64,000 nucleotides of DNA, taken from assembly GCA_963809875.1 (NCBI GenBank), contig CAWELC010000008.1, positions 131,623 through 195,622 on the forward strand. Direction: 5' to 3'. How positions within the stretch are numbered: position 1 is the stretch's first letter; each line of letters opens with the position of its first letter. The notes under the pieces are model-generated. The model did not search any database, was not told where the DNA came from, and was given only the letters and a program-made list of their open reading frames with translations. This DNA is from an uncultured delta proteobacterium (lineage in GTDB: Bacteria; Desulfobacterota; Zymogenia; Zymogenales; Zymogenaceae). This document shows positions 9,148 to 19,390 of the stretch, piece after piece. The translations under genes and the position numbers were made by a program.

Positions 9148-10071
9148 CTAAAGGTGCTTCTTCAACCAGTCGATCACGTCCTTATAGACCTGTGTTCGGT
9201 TGGTCTCATTGAGCATCTCGTGGCGTCCGTCGGGATAGATTTTCATCGTCACGTCCGCCATGCCGGCCTTCTTCAGGGAATCATAGACCTCCTTGACCCC
9301 CTTCGTGTCGTTGCCCACCGGGTCTTTTTCCCCGGAGAAAAGATAAACGGGAAGCTTCTTGGGGACCCTGCCGAGGTAGTCCGGCCGATAAAGGGAGCCA
9401 AGCCCCTTGAGGAAATCGACCCAGAAGCCGGTAGAAAAGACGCCGCCGCAGTAGGGGTCGGCGACGTATTTGTCCACTTCCGCGTTGTCTCTGGAGAGCC
9501 AGTCGAAGTCCGTACGGTTGGGCTTGAAGGGCTTGTTGAACGCGCCGAAGGACAGCGAGGTCAAGAGCGGGCTCTTGGCCTTGCCTCCCTTGATCTTCTT
9601 CTCCAATCGGGCCACAAGAAGGCCGACCTTACCCAGGAGGCCGGGGTTTCCGCCGGTCCCGGAAAGGACGACCCCCTTGATCTCGTTGCCCCACCGGGCG
9701 ATATAGTTGCGTGATATGAACGAGCCCATGCTGTGTCCGAAGAGGAATACGGGGATGCCCGGATGCTCCTTCTTGATGTGCTCGGTCAGCCGGTGCAGGT
9801 CGTCCACGACCAGGTCCCACCCGTCCTTTTCGGCGATCCAGCCGACGGCCTCAACGGAGCCCGCGGTCTTGCCGTGGCCCCGCTGGTCGGGGGCATAGAC
9901 CGCAAAGCCCGCCTCCGTCAGCGCCCCTGCGAACCTCTCGTAACGGGCCGCGTGTTCGGCCATGCCGTGGGAGATCTGGACGGCCGCCACACTCTTCGAG
10001 TCGGGAAGCCAGGAGTAGACAAATACCTTGGCGCCGTCTCTGCCCTTCATGGTAAAAGTCTTAGATTTCAT
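9148..10071 (-). CDS. Alpha/beta hydrolase (lysophospholipase / monoacylglycerol lipase-like)
   Basis: GHSMGS nucleophile elbow, HGMAEH oxyanion region and C-terminal DGRHE. Confidence 0.85.
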   Translation of the reverse strand: MKSKTFTMKGRDGAKVFVYSWLPDSKSVAAVQISHGMAEHAARYERFAGALTEAGFAVYAPDQRGHGKTAGSVEAVGWIAEKDGWDLVVDDLHRLTEHIKKEHPGIPVFLFGHSMGSFISRNYIARWGNEIKGVVLSGTGGNPGLLGKVGLLVARLEKKIKGGKAKSPLLTSLSFGAFNKPFKPNRTDFDWLSRDNAEVDKYVADPYCGGVFSTGFWVDFLKGLGSLYRPDYLGRVPKKLPVYLFSGEKDPVGNDTKGVKEVYDSLKKAGMADVTMKIYPDGRHEMLNETNRTQVYKDVIDWLKKHL

Positions 10072-10294
10072 AATGATTCCCCCTTATCACACGCAATTAA
10101 TAGAAGCCCCATGAGACCGTTGATACCGCCGAACTTTCGCATCGATCCGGACCGTATCGGAGGAGTCCCGGCGTCCTGAAATGATATCACAAAGAGATCG
10201 ATAAATCCACGCGGATATTGGACGCGGACGGGGATGCTGGAACATGACGGTGACGCGGGGTGCCGCGGGTAAACCTGGTATGCGTGTCGTTATG

Positions 10295-10738
10295 TCAGGC
10301 GATGGGCTCCTCGTTGGAGATTACCCGGATTCCCGCCCCGACCAGCAGGGCCGTCATAACTCCCATTCCGGGGACCCTGTCCGTGCCGACGTACACCTCG
10401 CGGACGCCGCACGAAGGGCTGCGCTCTTTGAGGATGGCCGCATTGACCCCCTTCTGCCGGGCGATCGAAAACGCCTCGCGCGCCCCCAGGATGAACGATT
10501 CGGTCAGGTCAATTCCATACTCGGCCAGGATCCGGGCCGTGCCGGCGAACACAGCTCGCCCGTCTCCCCCTTCAAACCGGCATGCGGCACGTGGAACCCC
10601 CAGGCCGCCGAGGAGCTCGGGGCATACCGATACGAAGTGCCGGTCGCTCAGGAACGCGGCGATCGTCTCGGAATAGGAATTGGCGCCGTCATAGCGGCAG
10701 TTGATTCCGATGAGACAGGCGCTGACCAGGTAAATCAT
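10295..10738 (-). CDS. DUF523 family protein (YbbK-like)
   Basis: MIYLVSACLIGINCRYDG...ILKERSPSCG is the DUF523 signature. The ATG at 10738 overlaps the purN stop (ATGA). The rest of ORF 10295..11143 is antisense/out of frame to purN. Confidence 0.8.
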   Translation of the reverse strand: MIYLVSACLIGINCRYDGANSYSETIAAFLSDRHFVSVCPELLGGLGVPRAACRFEGGDGRAVFAGTARILAEYGIDLTESFILGAREAFSIARQKGVNAAILKERSPSCGVREVYVGTDRVPGMGVMTALLVGAGIRVISNEEPIA

Positions 10739-11394
10739 TCGAATATCTCGAGGGGCGGATTTGTGCGGGCGAAACCTTCCAGGGTGCCGGCCCGCGCAAT
10801 CACGACCTTCTTGTCGACGACCGAGACTCTTCCCTGGGCAAAGAACTGGATAACCTGAGGGTATATCCGGTGTTCCTGGGCCAGAATCCGTGCCTTGAGG
10901 GCCTCGACGTCGTCGCCCGGCAGGAGGGGCACCACCGCCTGCATAATGATGGGACCGGTATCCACCCCCTCGTCGACGAAGTGGATCGTGCATCCGGTAA
11001 ACTTCACCCCGTAGTCGAAGGCGTCGGCCTGTCCGTGGGTGCCGGGAAACGACGGAAGGAGCGCCGGGTGGATGTTGATGACCCGCTGCGGGAATCGCCG
11101 AAGAAACCCGGGAGTGAGCAGGCGCATGAAGCCGGCCAGGCAAATGAGGTCAACGGGGTTCTTCTCGAGGACACCCAGGATCGCCGCCTCGAACTCCTGC
11201 CGGCTCGGGTAGCCCCGGTGATTGACGACGACACCGGGGATGCCGTGTTTTGAGGCGCGCACCAGACCGTAGGCATCCGGCTCGTTGGAGAGGACGAGCG
11301 CTATCTTCGCGTCGACCCGGCGCTGCTCGATGCTGTCGATAATTGACTGAAGATTGGACCCGCTGCCGGAGATGAAAACGGCGATGGTAAACAT
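10735..11394 (-). CDS. purN: Phosphoribosylglycinamide formyltransferase
   Basis: IAVFISGSGSNLQSII and INIHPALLPSFPG motifs. Confidence 0.93.
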   Translation of the reverse strand: MFTIAVFISGSGSNLQSIIDSIEQRRVDAKIALVLSNEPDAYGLVRASKHGIPGVVVNHRGYPSRQEFEAAILGVLEKNPVDLICLAGFMRLLTPGFLRRFPQRVINIHPALLPSFPGTHGQADAFDYGVKFTGCTIHFVDEGVDTGPIIMQAVVPLLPGDDVEALKARILAQEHRIYPQVIQFFAQGRVSVVDKKVVIARAGTLEGFARTNPPLEIFE

Positions 11395-11413
11395 AGTCAG
11401 TGTCCTGTCGGCG

Positions 11414-12454
11414 TCACGATACGAACGAGACCGCGGGCTCGCCTTCTTCGCGCCTCTGGATGTTGCCGATAACGACGGGCTTCTCGCCCATTATCCTGAG
11501 GATCTTCAGAGCTCGGTCGGCGGTTCGCTCACGCACGATGACGGCAAGTCCGATGCCGTTGTTGAAGGTTCGCATCATTTCGGTCGGGTCGACGGACCCG
11601 GCCCGTTGGAGGAAGGCAAAGATCGGTGGGGCCTCCCAGGACCGACGGTCAAGGCGTGCCGAGAGGCCTTCGGGGAGGAGCCTGTCGATGTTATCGATGA
11701 GCCCTCCGCCGGTTATATGCGCGATGGCAGTTATCGTAACCTTGCCGAGGAGCGCCCTGACGGCCTTGACGTAGATCCGGGTCGGGGCCAGCAGCTCTTC
11801 CCCGATGCTCTTTTCCAGCCCCTCGACGCCGTCGGTCGGTTTGAGTCCGAGGGTATCGAAGACGATCTTACGGGCAAGGGAATAGCCGTTGCTGTGGAGC
11901 CCTGACGAGGGTATGCCGATGATAACGTCTCCCTTCTTAATTGCGCCTCCGTCGATGATCGATCGTTTGTCGACGATCCCCACGGCAAAGCCGGCCAGGT
12001 CGTACGTGCCCTCGGGATAAAATCCGGGCATCTCGGCGGTCTCCCCGCCGATCAGCGCGCAGCCCGCTTCCCGGCACCCGGCGGCGATCCCGGAGACGAC
12101 GGAGGCCAGGACATTCTCTTCGATTTTTCCCGTCGCGATGTAGTCCAGGAAGAAGAGGGGCAGTGCCCCCGTCACGATGATGTCGTTGACGGACATGGCC
12201 ACCAGATCGATACCGATCGTGTCGTGGATCCCCATCATCTGGGCGATGGCGACCTTGGTCCCCACGCCGTCCGTGGACGAGACGAGGACCGGCTCCTTCA
12301 TGCCGGTGATATTCGGGCGAAAGAATCCGCCGAATCCGCCGATCCCTCCGAGGACCCCCTTTGTACGGGTCGACTCGACTTCCTGTTTGATCATCTTGAC
12401 GAAGAGGTTTCCCTTGTCGATATCGACGCCGGAGTCCTTATAGGTGATGCCCAT
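11414..12454 (-). CDS. purM: Phosphoribosylformylglycinamidine cyclo-ligase (AIR synthetase)
   Basis: YKDSGVDIDKGN, DGVGTK and GGETAEMPG motifs. Confidence 0.95.
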   Translation of the reverse strand: MGITYKDSGVDIDKGNLFVKMIKQEVESTRTKGVLGGIGGFGGFFRPNITGMKEPVLVSSTDGVGTKVAIAQMMGIHDTIGIDLVAMSVNDIIVTGALPLFFLDYIATGKIEENVLASVVSGIAAGCREAGCALIGGETAEMPGFYPEGTYDLAGFAVGIVDKRSIIDGGAIKKGDVIIGIPSSGLHSNGYSLARKIVFDTLGLKPTDGVEGLEKSIGEELLAPTRIYVKAVRALLGKVTITAIAHITGGGLIDNIDRLLPEGLSARLDRRSWEAPPIFAFLQRAGSVDPTEMMRTFNNGIGLAVIVRERTADRALKILRIMGEKPVVIGNIQRREEGEPAVSFVS

Positions 12455-12580
12455 ACAGCCGTCCGCCCTTTGATGGAATGATAATTAATTCTTATCAAAT
12501 TAAGAGACTAGTGTCAATATGGAGTTGCCCGCGGGCTCGTTTTTTGATATAAATATACAGTACCTCAACGGAAAAGCCCA

Positions 12581-13801
12581 ATGCCTGAAGAACTCATCGA
12601 GCTGTCCGGACATATTATCGACTCTTTGATCCTTCCCCGGGTTCTCACCGAGATCATGGAGCGGGGCGGAAACTTCGACGTTGAAGAATTCCGCATGGGA
12701 AAACAGAAGACCGAGACCAGCTATGCCCGGATACGGGTCTTTGCGGACACCGACACGTCGCTTGCCGATATCCTCGATACGGTGCAGGGTCTGGGGGCGC
12801 AGGTCGCCCATGACCGCGAGGCCAAATGGGAGGAAGCGCCGTCGGACGGGGTCTTTCCCGAAGGCTTCTACTCCACGACGAACCTTACCACGCACGTGTT
12901 TTTCGAGGGGCGGTGGGAAGAGGTTGCAAACCCGGAGATGGATTGCGGCATCCTGCTCGATTTCGGTGCGGGGGATGCGCGCACCGTTCCCATCGGGGAG
13001 GTCAAGAAGGGAGATAAGCTCGTCGTCGGACACGACGGGATCAGGGTCGTTCCTCTCGAACGGTCGCGGGAGCGCGAGATCTTTGAGTTCATGGGCTCGG
13101 GGGTCTCGTCGGAAAAACCGAAGGGGGAGCTGATCAAGAAGATCGGGCTGGAAATGGTCGCCGCCAGGCAGGCCGGTAAGAAGATCCTCGTGGTGGCGGG
13201 ACCCGCGGTTATCCATACGGGGGCGGGCAAGTACCTCTCCCGGATTATCGACAGGGGGTTCGTAGACGTCCTTTTTTCGGGCAACGCGCTGGCCGTCCAC
13301 GACATCGAATATGCCCTGTACGGGACATCGCTGGGGTTCTATCTCGACCGGGGGGTTTCGGCCGCCGGCGGCCACGAGCATCACCTCAGGGCCATCAATA
13401 CCATACGCCGACTGGGGGGGATCCGAAACGCGATCGATCAGGGGGTGCTGACCTCGGGAGTGATGTATTCCCTGATAAAAAAGGACGTCCCGTTTGTCCT
13501 GGCGGGATCCATCCGGGACGACGGACCGCTGCCGGAGGTCATCACCGATACCCAGCAGGCCCAGGCCGAGATGAGGAGACTGTCGCGGGGGGTAGGGCTG
13601 GCGATTATGATTGCATCGACCCTGCATTCGGTGGCTACCGGAAATCTCCTGCCGGCGTACGTCAGGACGGTGGCCGTTGACATCAACCCGGCCGTGGCGA
13701 CCAAGCTTTCCGACCGGGGTTCTTTCCAGGCCCTCGGGATCGTCACCGACAGCGAGTCGTTTCTCCGGGAACTCGCCCGCGCCCTGCAGGATATCCCTTA
13801 A
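12581..13801 (+). CDS. TIGR00300 / LOR-SDH-like family protein (family includes ornithine cyclodeaminase-type enzymes)
   Basis: N-terminal SGHIIDSLILPRVLTEIME (LOR/SDH conserved region). The C-terminal ~300 aa contain LVVAGPAVIHTGAG...LFSGNALAVHDIE...GHEHHLRAIN. Family assignment is by recall only. Confidence 0.6.
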   Translation: MPEELIELSGHIIDSLILPRVLTEIMERGGNFDVEEFRMGKQKTETSYARIRVFADTDTSLADILDTVQGLGAQVAHDREAKWEEAPSDGVFPEGFYSTTNLTTHVFFEGRWEEVANPEMDCGILLDFGAGDARTVPIGEVKKGDKLVVGHDGIRVVPLERSREREIFEFMGSGVSSEKPKGELIKKIGLEMVAARQAGKKILVVAGPAVIHTGAGKYLSRIIDRGFVDVLFSGNALAVHDIEYALYGTSLGFYLDRGVSAAGGHEHHLRAINTIRRLGGIRNAIDQGVLTSGVMYSLIKKDVPFVLAGSIRDDGPLPEVITDTQQAQAEMRRLSRGVGLAIMIASTLHSVATGNLLPAYVRTVAVDINPAVATKLSDRGSFQALGIVTDSESFLRELARALQDIP

Positions 13802-13812
13802 CGTACCAGAGG

Positions 13813-14862
13813 ATGAAAACTCGAGCCATGATCGATCTGAGAAGCGATACCATAACCAAACCAACCGAAATGATGCGCCGGGCGATATTCGAGGCCGAGG
13901 TGGGAGACGACGTCTTCTACGAGGACCCAACGGTCAACCGGCTCCAGGAACGGGTGGCCGCGCTCCTCGGCAAGGAGCGGGCCCTTTGGGTGGCATCCGG
14001 CACCATGGGAAACCTCCTTTCCGTCAAGGCGCTCACCAACCCGGGGGAAGAGGTGATCCTGGAGGCCGAGAGCCACGTCTTCATCTACGAAGCGGCCGGC
14101 TCGGCCGTCCTGTCGGGCGTACAGCTCAGACCGATTCCGGGCAGGCGAGGGCTCATCACCCGTCAGCAGGTGGAGGCGGCTATCCGGCCGCCGGATGTCC
14201 ACCAGCCGAGGAGTTCGCTGGTCGTGATCGAGAACACCCACAACCGCGCCGGAGGAGCCATCATCCCGCTGGCCGAGATCGAGCGGATCAGGGAGCTCTG
14301 CTTTGAGCGGGGGATCTCCATGCACATGGACGGCGCGCGGCTCCTCAACGCCGCGGTCGCCTCGGGAATCCAGGCCAGCCAATACGCAAAATATTTCGAC
14401 ACCGTGACAATCTGTTTCTCCAAGGGGCTGGGCGCGCCGATGGGCTCGATGATTGCCGGAGACGGGGCCGTGATCGAGCGGGTCCACCGCTATCGCAAGA
14501 TGGTGGGAGGGGGACAGCGCCAGGTAGGGATAGCGGCCGCCGCCGCGCTTTATGCCGTCGATCATCATATCGAGCGGCTTGCAGAGGACCACGCCAACGC
14601 GAAACGGCTGGCCGCGGCGCTTTCCCGGCTGCCCGGCGTTGTCATCACACCCGACGATGTGGACACCAATATCGTCATCTTCGAGGTCGACCCGGGTCGG
14701 ATGTCTCCCGTGGACGTCGTCATCGAGATGGGCAAGCACGGGGTCCTGATGTTTCCCTTCGGTCCCACGAAGGTCAGGTGCGTCACTCATCTGGACGTTT
14801 CAACGGACGATATTGACGCTGCGATCGAGGCGTTCGGCGAGGTATTCAAGAAAACCCGATGA
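13813..14862 (+). CDS. ltaE: Low-specificity L-threonine aldolase
   Basis: IDLRSDTITKPT..., VGDDVFYEDPTVN, GTMGN and FSKGLGAP (PLP lysine region). Confidence 0.88.
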   Translation: MKTRAMIDLRSDTITKPTEMMRRAIFEAEVGDDVFYEDPTVNRLQERVAALLGKERALWVASGTMGNLLSVKALTNPGEEVILEAESHVFIYEAAGSAVLSGVQLRPIPGRRGLITRQQVEAAIRPPDVHQPRSSLVVIENTHNRAGGAIIPLAEIERIRELCFERGISMHMDGARLLNAAVASGIQASQYAKYFDTVTICFSKGLGAPMGSMIAGDGAVIERVHRYRKMVGGGQRQVGIAAAAALYAVDHHIERLAEDHANAKRLAAALSRLPGVVITPDDVDTNIVIFEVDPGRMSPVDVVIEMGKHGVLMFPFGPTKVRCVTHLDVSTDDIDAAIEAFGEVFKKTR

Positions 14863-15831
14863 CCGTCTCGGAAAACGACACGCGTGCCTACCATCTGAGC
14901 GACCGGGCCAGCCTCGGGTGGGAGCAGACCGTCAGCGAAAGTCTGAGAGACCCGGCTTCTCCCTACGCGGAGGCGCTGGAAATCAGACGGGCCTACGGCG
15001 ACGTGGTCGGTGACCTCCTGGAAAGCCGCGGGATGATGCGGGACGGTTTTCGGGTCCTGGAGGTGGGGGGAGGGTACGGCAGCCTGGCCGTGAGAATCCT
15101 CTCGCCGGTTTGGCGGCGTCGCCATGACGCTGGTGGACATCAGCCCGATCTTCAGCGCGCGCCAGCGCGAGGCGCTGTCGCCCTTCGGGGATCGGGCCAC
15201 GGTCATCCAGGCCGACGTATTCGAATACCTTGCCCGGTCCGATCAGTTTGACCTGATTATATCGAACGAAAACATGGCCGACTTTCCGGCATTGGTCGAT
15301 ATCCCCCGGGGCCTGCTGATCGATTACATGGGGCGGCCGGCCTCCTTCCAAAAAAACAATACGCAGCAGAAAGCCTATCTCAAAGAGGCGCGGGACTTCC
15401 TGTTGGCGCTCGGTATAGACCCGGCCGACGCCCCCGACGCTATCAACCTCAACACGGGCGCGGTCCGATTCGTCAGGATGGCCATGGAAAAGAGTGATCG
15501 CCTGTTTATGGTCGAGCACTCATCCGACTGGTCGCTCCCGGGGACCATGGCCGATCTCCTCAGGGATTCCCGGACGGACTTCTGGCCGAAAAAGGTCATC
15601 CTCTTTTCCCATAACGAGGTAACGATCCGTTTCGAACACCTCACGCGCCTGCTCGCCAACGAGGGGATCGGCTGGGAAGGCGGCCGGTTAATGGACCTCC
15701 TGGGTGTCAGGAGCGACGCCGAGATCCGGTATATCCTCCTTTCGGGCTCAATCCAGACGCAGAGCCACGAGATCATCGGAGAATTTATCGACCACGTTAA
15801 GGAGTACCAATGGCTCTTGGCCCACCGGTAG
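14859..15831 (+). pseudogene. Class I SAM-dependent methyltransferase with an uncharacterised C-terminal domain; frameshifted as sequenced
   Basis: Motif I VLEVGGGYGSLAV is in ORF 14859..15251. It continues as ..FGGVAMTLVDISP..DLIISNE in ORF 15124..15831 (+1 frame). The junction is at 15094-15120, with an extra base likely at 15103-15108. Confidence 0.7.
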
Positions 15832-16466
15832 CGCCCAAACCCGCTGCCACGGTCCTTCTCGTGCGGGGAGGCCGAGCCGGACGGGAGGTCTTTCTCACCC
15901 AGAGGCCTAAATCCATGGCCTTTCTGGGGGGATACTATGTCTTTCCCGGCGGCAGTGTAGACGCCGCCGACCTGACCGCCCGGGCGACGGGCAGGGTTGT
16001 CGGCGTGGACCCGGATGACCTCGAAACAATGGGGCAGGATGGGCCCGACCCTCTCGGATTCTATACGGCGGCCGTCCGGGAGCTCTTCGAGGAGTCGGGG
16101 GTGCTGCTATTGTGTGATGAGGCCGAAAGGGTCGTGACCGGGCCGCTTGCTCGGGAGCTGGCCGAGCTGATCGGCCACAACGGCGCCTCGTTTCTCGATG
16201 AAGTGGTTGCCCGCGACCTCTTCTTCGCGGGTCATCGGCTCAAGTTCCTGCAGCGCTTTACCACGCCGGCGTTCTCCCCCATACGTTTTCATACGGTCTT
16301 TTTTCTGGCGGAGCTGCCCGATGGACAGGAGGCGGGGGTACAAAGCCCTGAGGTCGAGCGATCGCTCTGGATAGCGCCCGCGGAAGCGCTCGAAAAAAAC
16401 CGATCGGGCGAGTTTGCGATGATTCCTCCAACGCTGGCGGCGCTGCACAGGGTCATGGGCCCGTAA
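15810..16466 (+). CDS. NUDIX hydrolase
   Basis: Nudix box GGxxxFPGG...AAVRELFEESGV. Confidence 0.85.
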   Translation: MALGPPVAPKPAATVLLVRGGRAGREVFLTQRPKSMAFLGGYYVFPGGSVDAADLTARATGRVVGVDPDDLETMGQDGPDPLGFYTAAVRELFEESGVLLLCDEAERVVTGPLARELAELIGHNGASFLDEVVARDLFFAGHRLKFLQRFTTPAFSPIRFHTVFFLAELPDGQEAGVQSPEVERSLWIAPAEALEKNRSGEFAMIPPTLAALHRVMGP

Positions 16467-16593
16467 CGTGCCGGGAATCGCTGCGGGGAACCTGCCGCCG
16501 GGCCTTGTTTTTCCATTTGCCTTGACAATATAGGGGGCCTGTGGTAGCTTCATCCATCGTAGTGTCCCGATTCATTCCTGGGAAGGATTACAG

Positions 16594-17392
16594 ATGATCA
16601 TCGTTGCTGAAAGGCTCAATGCCGCCCGCAAGTCGGTGCGGGAGGCCATTGAAAAGAAAGACGAAGCTCCTTATCATCAAGGAGGCGACCGAGCAGGCTG
16701 CGGCGGGGGCCGATATCATCGACGTGAACGCCGGCGCCCACCCGGATCGAGAAGAAACCGATATGACCTGGATGATCGACCTTGTCCAGGGGGCGGTGGA
16801 TACCCGCATCTCCCTGGACAGCTCCAGCAGCTCGGTGATCCTCAAGAATATCCACAAGCTTGCCAAGACGCCGATGATCAACTCGGTATCACTGGAAACA
16901 AAGAAACTTGACGAGATGCGGCCCGCTCTGACGGAGCGGGAGGCCGATATCGTCGCGCTCTGCATGGACGATACGGGGCTTCCCAAGAGCGCCGATCAGG
17001 CCTACGACAACGCCGTGCGGATGGTCAAGACGCTGGAAGGACTCGGGATAGCGCGCGAGCATATTTTCCTCGATCCGCTCGTCCAGACCATCAGCGCCGA
17101 TCATACCAAGGCCTTGATGGTGCTTGAGACGATCGGCCGCATCAGGGCCGACATCCAGGGCGTCCACATAATCTGCGGGCTCTCCAACATCTCCTACGGC
17201 ATGCCCGAGCGTTTCCTTATCAATCGGACATTCCTGACGCTCGCGGCGGGCGCGGGGCTGGACGCGGCCATCATCGATCCTCTCGATAAGAGGCTCACGA
17301 CGGCGGTCGCCGTCACGGAAATGCTCCTCGGCAAAGACCCTTACAGCAAGAGCTATCTTACCCAGTATAGAAAAGGTACTATTATCCCGTAA
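16594..17392 (+). pseudogene. Pterin-binding (MtrH/AcsE-like) methyltetrahydrofolate:corrinoid methyltransferase; frameshifted as sequenced
   Basis: MIIVAERLNAARKSVREAIEKKD (ORF 16594..) continues as ELLIIKEATEQAAAGADIIDVNAG... in ORF 16604..17392. The junction is at ~16663-16666. ICGLSNISYG and INRTFL are typical pterin-binding motifs. Confidence 0.8.
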
Positions 17393-17415
17393 TTCCAAGA
17401 AGGAGTGCAAAGACC

Positions 17416-18054
17416 ATGAAGGAATCCGTACGGATGGTAAAAGAGGCGATCGTGGATCTGGATCTCGATAATATCCAGGGTCTGATCAAGAAGTCCCTCG
17501 ACGAGGGCGTCGATCCGTGGATCATCATCAAGGAAGGGATGGGAGGAGGGATGACGGTGGTTGGCGAGCGCTTCGAGAGCGGCGAATACTTCCTGGCCGA
17601 CCTGATACTGGCCGGCGAGGTGATGAAGGAGGGGATGGCCGTTCTCAATGAAAAGATAGATAAGAAGGACGCGGGTAAGAAGGGCACCGTGGTACTGGCA
17701 ACGGTCAAGGGCGATATCCACGATATCGGAAAGAACATCGTGGGGATGATGCTGTCGGCCTCGGACTATACCATCGTCGATCTGGGTGTGGACGTTCCCG
17801 AGGACAAGATCGTGGCGGCGGTCAGGGACAGCAAGGCCCCGGCCCTCGGCCTCTCGATCCTCCTGACCACCATGATCGGAAGCATCAAGGACACGGTCGA
17901 CGCACTGACGGAAGCGGGACTTCGGGATAAAGTGAAAATCGTCATCGGCGGGGCATGCACCTCCGAGAAGCTTGCCAAGGAGATGGGCGTTGACGCCTAC
18001 GGGGAAGACGCGGTAAAGGCCGTCAAGGTCTTCCAGAATGTCCTCTCTGCCTAA
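17416..18054 (+). CDS. Corrinoid (cobalamin-binding) methyl-carrier protein
   Basis: B12-binding DxHxxG (GDIHDIGKN), SILLTT and VIGGA motifs; N-terminal four-helix cap domain. Confidence 0.9.
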   Translation: MKESVRMVKEAIVDLDLDNIQGLIKKSLDEGVDPWIIIKEGMGGGMTVVGERFESGEYFLADLILAGEVMKEGMAVLNEKIDKKDAGKKGTVVLATVKGDIHDIGKNIVGMMLSASDYTIVDLGVDVPEDKIVAAVRDSKAPALGLSILLTTMIGSIKDTVDALTEAGLRDKVKIVIGGACTSEKLAKEMGVDAYGEDAVKAVKVFQNVLSA

Positions 18055-18251
18055 TAAGTCTGGAGCCGATAACGGGGCGTTACCACTCCCCTGATTGACC
18101 AACGGGGTCACCGGTCGCAGGCGACACCTCGGGTTGTTGGCCGAGGCGCAAGACGGCCGGCCACACGGCCGTGGGTATGCCCTTAGGCGGAGTGAGGCGC
18201 CCCGAATCCGGGACGCATTCGCCCGCCGGCGCCTGAATGCAATCGACACAG

Positions 18252-18292
18252 AGAGCCGCGTATCGATCATCGGATCGGCGCGGCTTTTTTCG
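18252..18292 (+). terminator. Rho-independent terminator ~200 nt after the corrinoid gene
   Basis: AGCCGCG...CGCGGCT stem followed by TTTTTT. Confidence 0.6.
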
Positions 18293-18438
18293 TGAGTCGA
18301 TCCTATCGAACGAGGGGAATCGATCGCCGGCCGTCGCGGGCGGTCGAGGAAATGGAGCCGGACAGGAAGGCAGATATCCATCCGTTCTTCGGGGAAGAGA
18401 AGCACTTGCGGTTTTTAGGTGTCTGAATATGCGGAAGC

Positions 18439-19368
18439 TCAGTTTCGCAGCACGTCGATGACGAGGCGGTGGGGGCCGGCCAGGCAGAATATCTTGTACT
18501 CCGCCTTCTTTTCGAGATCGAGCACCACCCGCACAACCCCGTCTTTCGTCGTGGACCAGCGGATTCGTGAAACGAGGCCGTCCTTGACCGTGAGGGGGGA
18601 GTAGAGCCCTGAAGCCAGGCGCGCCCCGATCAGGTCGATGTAGATGCGGGGCGGCTTCCCGCCGGCCGCGTCCGGGGGGAGTGCGGCGTCCTCGAACGAG
18701 ACCGCCGCGTCCATCTCGACTACGATGCGGGTATGGGTGCCGTCGGTAAAATAGCGGATCTTATTGAGGGATACCCGCGAGAGGGCCGGACCGGCGCCCG
18801 TCTTCGCGGCATCCTTCTTCACGCCATTCGTATCCTTCTTCACGACCTCTTTTGGCGTCTTGCCGGCCCCGCCCGCTCCGTCGTCTTTCAGGGCCGTTTT
18901 GCGCCCGGGGAACTTCTCGGGGTCAGGCTTTGCCGTTGCGACGCAGACGAGGCTGCTATCTTTCTTCTGAGACTCGATCTCCTCTATATTTTTCTTGGCG
19001 TCGGCAGCAAGCTCGTGGCGAGGGTACGTCTTAATGAATTTCTTGAAGGTATCCTCAGCGCGATAGAGCTCGCCCAGGGTGATTGAATAATTAAACATTT
19101 CGCGCCAGATACATCCCTCGGCGAACAGGGCCCGGGGGGCCTCTTCGGAGTTCGGGTAACCCTTCACGACCCGATCGAAGGCGTTGATGACCTCAAGCCA
19201 CATCGCCTTGGACGAGCGCCGTTTCTCCGATTTCAGAAGCGTTTCATATTTATTTTGCGCGGATTCCAGTATCTCGCGAGAGGTTTCGGCCTGAGAGGTG
19301 GCGGCCACCGCAAGGAAGAACACCGAGGAGAGGAGGAGGGTACACAAGATCCTGCCTTTCATTTCCAT
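18439..19368 (-). CDS. Secreted TPR (YbgF-like) + AMIN domain protein, without an amidase domain
   Basis: Signal peptide MEMKGRILCTLLLSSVFFLAVAATSQA. Its N-terminus and C-terminal AMIN-like region (IRYFTDGTHTRIVVEMD...RLVIDV) parallel the N-terminal half of the amidase at 24627..26339. Confidence 0.75.
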   Translation of the reverse strand: MEMKGRILCTLLLSSVFFLAVAATSQAETSREILESAQNKYETLLKSEKRRSSKAMWLEVINAFDRVVKGYPNSEEAPRALFAEGCIWREMFNYSITLGELYRAEDTFKKFIKTYPRHELAADAKKNIEEIESQKKDSSLVCVATAKPDPEKFPGRKTALKDDGAGGAGKTPKEVVKKDTNGVKKDAAKTGAGPALSRVSLNKIRYFTDGTHTRIVVEMDAAVSFEDAALPPDAAGGKPPRIYIDLIGARLASGLYSPLTVKDGLVSRIRWSTTKDGVVRVVLDLEKKAEYKIFCLAGPHRLVIDVLRN

Positions 19369-19390
19369 TCAGCCCGCCCTTGATACGACT

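Noticed and set aside
16467-16593. A cobalamin riboswitch upstream of the corrinoid methyl-transfer genes.
   Set aside because: The candidate promoter (16522-50) leaves only ~45 nt of leader, too short for a riboswitch. No B12-box-like sequence is visible.
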